Source: Chlorokybus atmophyticus
Taxonomy: Eukaryota > Plantae > Mesostigma and Chlorokybus algae
Reading direction: 5' to 3'
Length of the DNA: 64,000 nucleotides
Assembly: GCA_009103225.1 (NCBI GenBank)
Contig: RHPI01001037.1
Location: forward strand, 372,001 to 436,000
Below, piece after piece: positions 12,772 to 22,815 of this stretch. Each line of letters starts with the position of its first letter. Within the stretch, counting starts at the first letter, position 1. The notes under the pieces are model-generated. The model made no database searches. It was not told the origin of the DNA and saw only the letters and a program-made list of their open reading frames with translations. A program made the translations under genes and the position numbers.

Positions 12772-13699
12772 GGCGCGGCCAAGCAGCTGGCATTGCTGAC
12801 TATCATAGATGATCTGTCAGCGATGAGCCCGTGATGCTGTTGGGGAAGAATCCCATGGCGCGTTCACGTTCGCGTGCGTTGGGTTCCTCCAGCCTGTTGG
12901 TGGTCGCATCAAACACCATCCCGTCTCCACCGTTTCGAAATGCGTAGGAGCCCGGGTAGGACACCAATGTGGGGAGTGCGCGACGGGGCTGACCGGGCTG
13001 ATTGCACGGGTAGAAGTGGTTGTGGTCATGTCGGAGGACAGGTTGTGCTTTGCGGCCGGGGTCAAGGATGTCATCGACCAATAGGTTGCGCGGCCGAGCG
13101 CTGCGCGTGTAGTTTGCGGTAATGAGTTCCTCCACGGTGGCCAAGTTTGTCCACTTGGCGCGTACACAATGTGCGCGCGAGCCATGTCGTGCCGCGTTCA
13201 CCTTGAGTGGGTGCCCCAGAATGGAGCAAACTTGTCGGTAGCTGGAGGACACGTGCGGACGCTTGTCGTCCTCTGAATGCACATTTTCGATGACGTACCC
13301 CAGGGGTCTGGAGATCTAGTGGTGTTGAAGAAGGTGGATGATTCTCATGAGCTCCCAAAACAGCCCTGAGCGAGGGTGTTCGAGGCCTTGCCCCTTGCCT
13401 GCCCTGGAGTGCCCTTGGCATTCCCACCCAGCTATTAATAGGTCGACGTTGCCGATGGACAGTAGGTGATCTTCGGTGATTAGCCGGATGTCTTGTGGCA
13501 ATGCTTTAAGGCTGCCTTGCAACGCCGAGAGGGGTAGCTGATGTGAATACCTTTCGTGCAGTTGGCGTAGGTGGTGCTTGAGGACCGTTTGCGCGTGTGG
13601 GTCTGGGTCGCAGTAATAGTATTTGACAACCTTCACACCCGTGTTGAGGACCGCGGCAAGGCCGCTGCCAATGCCTCCAAACAGCTCCAACACTATGAT
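12745..13699 (-). pseudogene. C5 DNA cytosine methyltransferase domain within the retrotransposon polyprotein
   Basis: Motifs occur in canonical order: I VLELFGGIGSG, II/III YYYCDPD...DIRLI, IV LLIAGWECQGHSRAG (catalytic Cys present), VI YVIENV, VIII NAARHGSRAHCVR.KWTNL, IX ERERAMGF, X LLGRAMD. Interrupted by a TAG at 13316 and a frameshift near 12800. Confidence 0.92.
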
Positions 13700-14116
13700 G
13701 CCCTGTTGCCTGCGAAAGGTGTAGAACTCCACCACTCCGGTGGCCACCATATGGTGGTCCTGCACCTTGTTACGGCTTCGGTAGTTGGGGAAGCGCGTGG
13801 TGATCAGTGGATGGCTGAGCAAGACGTGTGCGTCTATCTGTGCGCGCCAGCGCCGTTCAGCTGGGTCTTGCAATGCTACTTCCACGGTGGCATCCTCCTG
13901 CTCCTCGTTGTACGGGGTGGGAAAGGAGTCAACAATTCGACACGGGGCCGTGGCACCAGCAGCGACTTGCGTCCGAGTGCCGTCGTATGTGGCCGTTGCA
14001 GCCTCCCGTGTGCGGGCGTGGCTGCGTGTGGCCACGGCAGCCACTTTGCGCGGGGCGCGCGTGCGCGAGACCAACTCGAGAGGCAGGAAACCCTGCACCT
14101 CTCCGTCATCCTCATC

Positions 14117-14581
14117 TCAATGTGGCCGAAACCGCGCCTGCTCTGTCCAGCAGTCGAGGCCTATGCCCACAGGGAAGTTGAAGTCCTGCCCAAGCAGAAA
14201 GTCGAAGGAGCCGGCATTGGTGACTACACATTGCTGGACGATCTCGGTTGTGTGGGTGGGGTCCAGCCCTGTCAACCGAATGCAGAAGGCCTCCCTGGTG
14301 ACTCCCATCACCTTATCTCGGCTATCTGTGGCAGTGTCCAACACGTACGGGCAAGGCACCAAGTCGGAGCTGGTTATGCCGAGGGACCGCGCGAGGAAGC
14401 GCCCGATGATGACAGGCTGTGCTCCGGTGTTCAACATCACTCGCTTGGGTGCCAGACCGTTAATGGTAACGTGCTTGCATTGGTTGGCCACCATGGCAGC
14501 ATTGGCGTTGATGCGCAGCCTCTTCATACGAGCTGTCTGCACCTTTGCCTCATTTCTCTCAGCAGAGGGTGCTGAGCGCAT
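14117..14581 (-). pseudogene. Retroviral-type aspartic protease (catalytic D replaced by N)
   Basis: KRVMLNTGAQPVIIG (normally LDTGA) and FDFLLGQDF. In frame with the downstream DNMT ORF across a single TGA. Confidence 0.85.
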
Positions 14582-16420
14582 GGCAGCCAGAGCTTCTTTG
14601 CCTACTGGGTCCGGAGAACCCCCTCCTTGCCCTCTCCCTCTGCCGAACCGACCTTGTCATGGTGGTTGGTAGACACGGGGGGGCCTCGGTGCTGGAGGTT
14701 CCGGCGCCGATTGTGGTGGCGGCGCAGATGGATGCTGCCTCTGCGAAGACGGAATCATGCCCGCGGGTGTACCCAATGGCTGTGGAGGAAACCCCGGAGG
14801 ACGCGGCGCTTGTGGGCCTGCCTCGCGTTCAGCTTGCTCCGCGGCGTACGTCCATCGGCCAGCATGAGCCGCTTCTCTAACCAACGTCCCTTCCCACGTG
14901 GCCGTGGGCTCGGTGTCCGTGTCGGTCCAATGATGATATTGAGGCATGGGCTGCATGTGTACGGCGCGTAGTAGCTGTCGCCGCATGTCGTGAGTGATGG
15001 TGGGGACTTGCAAGATCCCTGCCATGTAGGCATCCCACCTTCCTTGTACCACTCCCACATTGAGCATAGTCATGGCTCGCGCGCGTAGGGTGCGCTGGAG
15101 GTCAGTCTGCTGTGCGTGTAGCTCATGAGCAATGGCGATGCGCCGCCGTTGTCGTGCGGCTTCCACCCCTGGCAGCCGCAGCATTGCCTCTTGCACTCCC
15201 TCCAACGTGTCCGGGGCTGTGGTGGCAGCCTCGTCGTATGCTTGTCGCAGCGAACGAACAAATGCCCCCAACCATGATGCGCGGTTGTCAAAGGCAAACA
15301 GAGGGACAGCAGGGTGATTGGCAACGAGCCATGTCACGAGACGGGCTCGAGCGGCGTTGCCCTCTCGCATCCCCATCATCTGTCTTAATGTGTTGCCCTC
15401 AGGCCTGTGCAACATGACTGCTTGCCGGATGAGTGCGGTACGGAGTTGTTGCTCCCCCACCATACCAGCTCCTCCTCGTTGTGCGGTATTCCCTTGCGGG
15501 GTGAGGTACCCTCGCCCTGCATCGCGTTGATCCTTAGGCATGTCTTCGACCAAAGGAGGCAGCAGCGGGGCGATTACCCCCCTCAATTGTTGCGCCAACG
15601 CCCTCGCTTGGTCTGCAACAGTTGCTTGTCTTGGCTGTTTGTTCGATGGCGACTGCCGTGGAGTACCCTGTGGTCAGCGCCGTGGAGGCGCTGGCAACAT
15701 TTGCCGGAGCTACGGTTGGTACGATAACGGCGTGTGCTGCTTCGTACGCCTGTCGGCGCGCGTTCACTTGGGCAGCTTGGTCCACCTGATAACGATGTGC
15801 CTGTTCGAGGGCAGAGAACCGCTCTTGACGGCTGCTTGGAGTGAGCCCTCGGAGAGCGGGATCAGTGCCCAGCGCGATGTCCGACATGGTGACCACGAGG
15901 TCTTGTATTTTGTGGCGCTGGAGTCCGAGTGGGTCCAGTGGTGAGGGTTCGAAGTCGATTTGTTGAGCGGGCATGAGTTGGTGCATTGGACTGGGTGCGC
16001 CTTGCAATCATGCGTGTAATGCCAAGAACAACTGAATGGCCAGCTCTAATACTGCAGGTCGCCGGTAGGTGACCCCGAAGAGATGATCCCTCATCTGTGG
16101 TGCAGTGCCGGCGAGGATTTCATCCTCCAGCTGCTGTTGTGTGGGTTCCGGCAGCGTATGGTACTCTAGAGGTGGTAGGGGCAAGATGCGATCATCGCGT
16201 GCCACGCGCGTGGTGCGTTGCCCCCCTGGTTCGTACGCAATGGTGGTGGGCTCCACGTGGCGTAGAACCGACGCCTAGGCGCGTTCTGCTTGTGGTCCAC
16301 GTGGCACTTGCTGTGTGACGTCAAGTGCTGGTGGCGGTGCCGTTCGAATCTCAGGAACTGGTGCAGTGGGTGTGGCAGCACTACTTAAGGCGACGATGGT
16401 GGCACCGGCAGCAGTCGTTG

Positions 16421-18387
16421 TTACTGAGGTGGCGGCTGTGAGGGTGGCAGCAGTTGCGATGTGGTCGCGTCAATGGAGGCAGGAGTGGTGGATTCACCAT
16501 CCACGAACCCAACGACCATGGTTGTTGCGGCGTGGGTGCTTTCCATCACCGGGGACAGCGTGGTGCCAAGAGTGCTGGCACCTGCTGTCGTGGTCGGTGT
16601 GGACGCCGACGGTGTCGTCGACGGCGTCATCCCAGCAGCGGTTGTGGCTGCCGAGGCAGCACCACTTATGGCGTCCGACGATGCCGCTGTTGACGACGCG
16701 CCAGCTTCCCTGCGCGCACGTCTTGATGGTTGTACGCGTGACGGCGTGAGAGTGTCCCTATCCCGTTTTGATGCCATCAGTGCCCACCTAGCAGCATAGC
16801 AGGCTTGATAGTCCTGCTCCTTGTTCTCCTCCAGCTGAGCCACGCGCGCCATCAGGGCTGCCACTTGGTCAATAGCTGGTGGATTGGTTGGTGCCTGTAC
16901 AGCAGCAGCTCCAGCGCGAGGACGTCCCTCAAGTCCTTTGTGCTGTGGAGGGCGGTTTTTCCCTCTGTAGCCAGCTTCTTCCTTGCGGGCCCCGGCGTTG
17001 TTGTTGTTGCTGGGGTTGTGGCCACCAGCGTTGTTGCCATTGTTGCGACCACCAGCGTTGTTGCTGTTGTTGTAGCCCCCGTTGTCGTTGTTGTTGTGGT
17101 GGTGGTGGTGGTGGTGGTTGCCGCGGTAGCCAACAGCGTTGTTGCCGTTGTTGTAGCCAATAGAGGGCCGCAGCTCAGGGAACTTGAGCCAGCATACTGT
17201 CTCCAAGTGTCCCGTCTTGTGGCAGTAGTCGCACACAAGGCTGCCGTAATCTTCGGTGCACTCTTTTTGGTACCATGACCATGTCGACCACACCGGTGGC
17301 ACAGCACTGGAGCCACAAGGGCAGCATGAGCCGATCGTTTATCCTTGTTGTGGATGCCTTGAGGCTCTCGGCTGCGGTCCCGCCGAAGAGGCTCTGCACT
17401 TGTGCCTGCCATAGGCCGCGAGGCACTGCGGTTGGTGTCCAGCACCGCTTTCTCATACACTGCGCGCTTATGGATGGCTTGTGCAGTCTCGAAAGCTTCC
17501 TTGAGGGTGTAGCCGAGGGGCCTGCTGTAGTTCAGCGTCAGGCGCGTTGACTCACTCAGGGTGGGATCCAACTCGGCCACATACACCACTGCTGCCGCCT
17601 CCTCGCTGACGATCTTGTGATCAGTGTCTTTAAGCAACCCTTCCAACCGTGAATACAGTCGGTGAGGGTCTTCGTTGGGCTTCCGTCGAAAACGCCTCAA
17701 CTCCTCCACCTTGTTGTTGGTTTGAGGTGGGAAGGTGCGCCGGAGTGCGGCGTAGAGGTCCTTCAATGGGGAGTCCGACATGGCCGCGCCCACCGTGAGC
17801 GCGGGTGCACGCAATGCCACTGAGCCGAGGGTGAAAACACTGCCTCCTGCTGGGGCACGCGAGTTCGGTGTTGGTAGCAGGGGCGTACCCATCTCCAATG
17901 CTGCAGCTTGCTGCTCCTCTTGTTGCTCCCTAATGATGGCAGCGGTGCGATTGAGTATCCTGATCCGGCGCTCGGCCTTCTTGCTTTCGATCTCTGCAGG
18001 AGTCAATGAGGCCACTACCACCTCAACTTCTTCATTCTCTGCCTTCTCCATGGCTGCCGCTAGAGTGAGATTCGTGACTGAGGCTGGCGGGGCCGCTGCT
18101 GCAGGGACAGTAACCGATGGGCTATGCAGTAACGTGGAGGATATTGTGCTGGCCAATTCGCCATAGCCATCAATCTTGTGCAACTCAGCGACGGACTTCC
18201 ACACATTATGTGCTTCGTGATCAAGGTATTGAGCGGACACATGAAACGATACCTCATCTGTCCAGTCCTTGCTCTTGAGGGCTTGCTGCCGCATCTTGGA
18301 GTGGAACTTGATGATGAACTCATCAAGTGAGGTGGTGCCAGGGCGTCCGGAGAAGCGTAGGGAGTTGGTTGAGCCGGAAGGCTCCAT
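16421..18387 (-). pseudogene. Gag with two CCHC zinc knuckles
   Basis: N-terminal FSGRPGTTSLDEF and LRRFRRKPNEDPHRLYSRL capsid-like segments. Knuckles CHRCGRHGH(GTKE)C, frameshifted in an A-run at ~17267, and CDYCHKTGHLETVC. Confidence 0.85.
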
Positions 18388-21263
18388 CTCCTCGTCGTTA
18401 CTGTCCGACGGTGGTGGAGATGCTCGTTGTCGAGGATTGGAGTGAGGGGAGGTGAAGCCGGAGACGGGGCGTGAGCCTCTGCTGCTACGGTAATCGCTCC
18501 CTTCACTTGCGCGCTCGTAGGTAAGGTTGGAGGTTGGGCTCCAGCTGTTGAGGTTCCCTTCTTCTATTGGCGAGAAAGGGGTGGGCCTGCTAATACAGCT
18601 GATGCGATGGTGAAAGTGGATGAAGGGTAGAGTGTTTGTGCTCTACAATGGGATCTCCAGTGCTGCTAGCACCCACCACACTAGCGCTTGTGCGCGCTAT
18701 GCGATGACGGTGACAACAATGCACTGCGATGTGTACAACTACAGATTGCGATGCTGATGTGCAGCCTGCAGCTTCACTCACTTGAGCAAAGAGGGTGACA
18801 CTGTAAGTCAACAAGCCACTACTATAGGTAGCGCTGTTTACACAGTTCTTTGCATGAGTGGAAGAGAAATTACACTGTTAAGTGAGGTGAATGAGCAAGC
18901 AACACGTGGATGCTATGCCCTGACTGATGCCCAAGAGCACCCCGCGACCAAGTACACCAAGCTCACAACAAGGACAAACACAGTGCACAAGAACATGCAC
19001 AGGCTCTCACACGGTGAGGGGATTCTGGGGAACCGGGACGGCGTGTTTCGTAGTTCAAGTCGCTTCATAAGCTCTTAGCTTTCTCACTTACAGTGTCGCC
19101 AGCTGATCCGGTGAACACTGTGCCTACTTATACAAGTCAACTCATGACTATTCAGAACATAAGCTAACGGTCATATCAAGGCTATTTCCACAGAAAATCC
19201 CCACTCGATATAGAACCCAACTTATAACTGAACTCACAACTGACCAGCTACGCGAGGTGCCTATGTAGGCTATGGTCATGAGCTACTCTAGAGACATGAC
19301 CTAGCTACTGGTCAGTGACGCGTGCGGGTTGCCATGCTGGTAAGCCGGGCGAGGGTCTCGCTGTAGGCATGCCAGATGACGACTGGCATGCCCGGGCGAT
19401 AGGCATGACAAATCTCTTGAATGCAGGATTTAAGTAATAACCCGTCACCCTCATGATTGGGCGACGTGTAATTCAGCCTTATGATTGATTGGCGACACAT
19501 ATTGACCTGATCAATGGGTTGGTTGTGTGTGATATGCATGCCTGAAAGCTTGCCATAAAGGCTTTCGTGCGGCAATTGTGCCGTGTGCATATTCATAAAA
19601 AGGGCGAAGCAAACCAGTCAGTACATGTGAGCAAGGATGGAGGGTGGGATACATATGTGCTGCAAGTACATCGTTTCAACGTCTGTAAATCAACATAAGA
19701 AGACAACAAGGCACTTCAAAAGACAATTCCGTTTACGCAAAGTTCAACATTGTGCAATAAAGCTATGTGATGTCTGATACTTTTGAAAACTCTAAAACAC
19801 ATGCAAACACAATGATGTACATATGAATTACTGTAATGAGCCTGTTGGGGGAGCCACTAGGGTAGGCAACGGCGGCTCACACATGCATGCCATGGCAAGC
19901 TTGCTGTGCTGGTCTAGCATAGCAAGCTTCATCAGATAACTTATGGTAGCAGGGGGCGCAATGCGTTATGATCTCTATAACGGTGTGCTACCTCCATAGA
20001 GGTTCCCCGCCCTTACTTAGGATTAAATAAGGGTCCCTACGGAATTATACAGCCTATTAAGCCATATTAGGGCCGTTAACCTATGTTAAGGCCCTCATGT
20101 AGTGTTACTTATCTGTAACACTGATATCGACATGAGACATGAGTCTCATGTCGAACTCAGCCCCATGGCGACGCTGCTAACACAGCGACCGCAATAGACA
20201 GGGGATCTTCTGCTTCGGCAGTTGCCCAAAGCGGCGGCGGCGTGGGCGGCGTGGCTGGTGGTGGTGTTGGGGTAGGGGATTTAAGGGAGGAGGGAGCACC
20301 CCCTCTCCTTACAGTCTCCCTGCCACCATAGGCTGCATATATCACCAAGCAACATGATGATATGGAAGTATGTCGTGTCACCTCCTAGGTACAGATGGCC
20401 GGGTTAAAGGCTAGAGCGCAAACATGTGCGTAACAAGATGCTAACTTGCATCGCTTCTGTGGAGCAAGCTGTTGCCATCATTGAAGATACCCTCACTATC
20501 GGTCATGGCGGCCAACGAGGTTTGGTACGACAATACCTGTCACCGTCCGCACAGCCACTGCACATTTGTCACCTCCCGGATACATGACATACTTAAATAT
20601 CACCGGGCAATTGATCATGGCAGGGGGTAAAAAGCGCATTGAAAATTGCTTTACCAGATTGGTAAAACAAGAATTCTCAACATTATATAGAGCCCATCTA
20701 AAAACCCATTTTTGATGAGGATGACAGGTGTAGCTTAAATCTGTCATGCATAAAACGAATGAACATAGTCATGTCCGCTAGTGACCCTCATCGATATCAA
20801 TGTGCTCCGAGGCATGCATTTTTTTTCTCAATTCTCAATACACTGTTTGCAATCGCGCGGTTATGAGAAAAAACGGCATTCCCATTGAGTTAACGCAATA
20901 CATGACAATGAAAGTTCGGTCGTACATTGCATTAAGCATACGTTTAACAATGCGTGCATATTTTTAACGTACTCTTAGCAAAACACACTTAGCGTTTAAA
21001 TAAGCCTCCATGCTATTACGTTGTTAGCCACGGCATACTACACAAATTGATAACCGTACCTTATGAATATATTAATGCTCAACTTGCATGTGCATGTGCA
21101 TGTGCATGTGCATGTGCATATGTCATTACCATTCATGATCCGCTCTGATGATATTAAATTTCACCTTAAACCATTCTATTTTGCAATAAAATCAGAATAA
21201 CAACAACTTATCAACAAGCCTCTTATTGCATTGCTCTTGAGCAAATATTATTACATTGGAAAA

Positions 21264-21498
21264 ACGCATGGAAGTTTGCAAGCATTGGTTCAACTTGCCA
21301 GAGAAATAATCATTTACTAAAAATGACATGTGTAGTCTCAATTCGGAGTTTACAATTGGTGGCAAGCGCGTCGCACAATTCAATGAGTTGACTGTATTGA
21401 AACCAAGAAGGATATTGACACTTATCCGTCAATCTTCTATGCGGATGATCGTTCCTCCAATTTGCAAGTTGAGCCAATGCTTAAAAGCTTCCATGCGT
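21264..21498. repeat. ~36-bp imperfect inverted repeat pair (MITE-like, 235 bp)
   Basis: ACGCATGGAAGTTTGCAAGCATTGGTTCAACTTGC at 21264 matches the reverse complement of 21463-21498 (ACGCATGGAAGCTTTTAAGCATTGGCTCAACTTGC). No clear TSD. Confidence 0.5.
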
Positions 21499-22815
21499 GT
21501 GCATCTTTGCATTGCCTAAATGAGTCAAATGCTGTTTCAAGTTGTGCGTCAACATGCTTTGTGCTGCGTGGCATTAAACGCCCGTAACATTCAGTGCGTG
21601 AACATCTTGTGTTAAACCGAGACCTGACGCTATCGGTCTAACATAGCCTGCATTGTTTAAAATCTTTTTAAATTCGACTTGTACTTAAAAACTCGCTAAA
21701 TAATGTAATATCCCCTTGGATTCATATATCTGTAAGATGTATTTATATTCTTCATACCTTTCACGTAATGGGTTGATTTCAAGGTCATGACTTTAAGTCA
21801 TGAAGTTTTATCATAAAGTTTATAATTATACGCACGTTGAATGTGATATTTATTAATGTGGCAACAGTAGAGTGCGTCAGGATGTGCCCGCATAAGTACG
21901 CACACGTGCGTATGCATGATGTTGAATAGAGCGCGAGCACATGCATATCTTTTATACATGCATACGTATGCATTTAGTCCCCACGCATACGATATTCATA
22001 CACCCCTATTATACCCACATTGAATGTTAATGTAGTGCAGTGACCAGACTGCACCCCTTGATAAACACGCGTATATATGCGTATATATAATCGCGCATAC
22101 ATGGGTGCAATCCGGCATGATATTGGCCTAACCCCAATCCCAGAAGGCATAATCCCTTACGTCCAAATCTCGATGAGTTCCGCTGGTATACATGCAAAGA
22201 ATGCCGTTGCTGGTGGCGATGACTTATCTAATCACCGCCATTGTCAACGTCACGGCCGTCCTTGCCATCATAACTTCTAACTCTATCTCCTTGCATGCTT
22301 TTGCTGATTGTTTAACATGATCATCTCGGCTGTCGTATTATGTTGTTTGGCTAGGTATGTACCAAGCCCATGCACATGCTAACCAGCCCCGTAAACTTAT
22401 GCACATGTTGCTGCTAATTGCCGTTACGCGAGTGCTTTGCTGTGTATTTTGTGATGTTGCTTCGTGACCCCTCAATTCTACCATACGCCTGCAGCCTCAA
22501 TCCCTAGAAGTGGTGGCAGCCTACATGATGCCTGGCCCTATTGTGCAATTATCATACGCCTAAAGCCATCCCATATCATGCTATGTTCTGCCACATGTAA
22601 AAAGCTTGCATGCAGCCTCACGTGACCTGGCATTGGGCATGCATTATGCAGCTGGGTGCCGCGAACGTTAGCTCCACCCACACAGCGACATGATCCCGAA
22701 CTCAGCCGACGTGGCGCTCGCAACACAGACTCTCTGCTGCTGCGGCGGCGGCGGTGGCGGCGTTTTTCAAGTGCACAGCTGAGGGTAGCGGAGGATTGGA
22801 CAGTTCTGTTTAGTC

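Larger units (their letters stand above)
9121..19134 (-). mobile_element. Decayed Ty3/Gypsy LTR retrotransposon encoding a DNA cytosine methyltransferase and a PHD finger
   Basis: Domain order on the minus strand is Gag/CCHC, PR, DNMT, RT (YIDD), RNase H, DDE integrase, PHD. A reconstructed single ORF 18387->9422 (~2,990 codons) is broken by 5 in-frame stops (16275, 16008, 14657, 14117, 13316) and about 5 frameshifts (~17267, ~16450, ~15640, ~12800, ~9810). A polypurine tract follows the stop codon. Outer boundaries are approximate. Confidence 0.95.

Noticed and set aside
13571-14672. Long plus-strand ORFs 13571..14575 and 13785..14672, and similar shadow ORFs over GC-rich exons
   Set aside because: They are antisense or alternative-frame shadows of the retrotransposon or of real exons, with no recognisable motifs.
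18794-19100. 15-bp inverted repeat read as a 307-bp MITE
   Set aside because: There is no convincing TSD (only AG/AG). The left arm overlaps the LTR-end/PBS position of the retrotransposon and a TATA box lies 32 nt from the right arm, so it is reported as a priming structure instead.
9121-19134. DIRS/tyrosine-recombinase retroelement interpretation (DIRS elements can also carry methyltransferases)
   Set aside because: The element encodes a protease and a DDE integrase with an HHCC zinc finger in Gypsy order, and I saw no tyrosine recombinase.
20157-20747. Short minus-strand ORFs near the retrotransposon as transposase or accessory gene remnants
   Set aside because: No recognisable catalytic motifs and no consistent splice structure.
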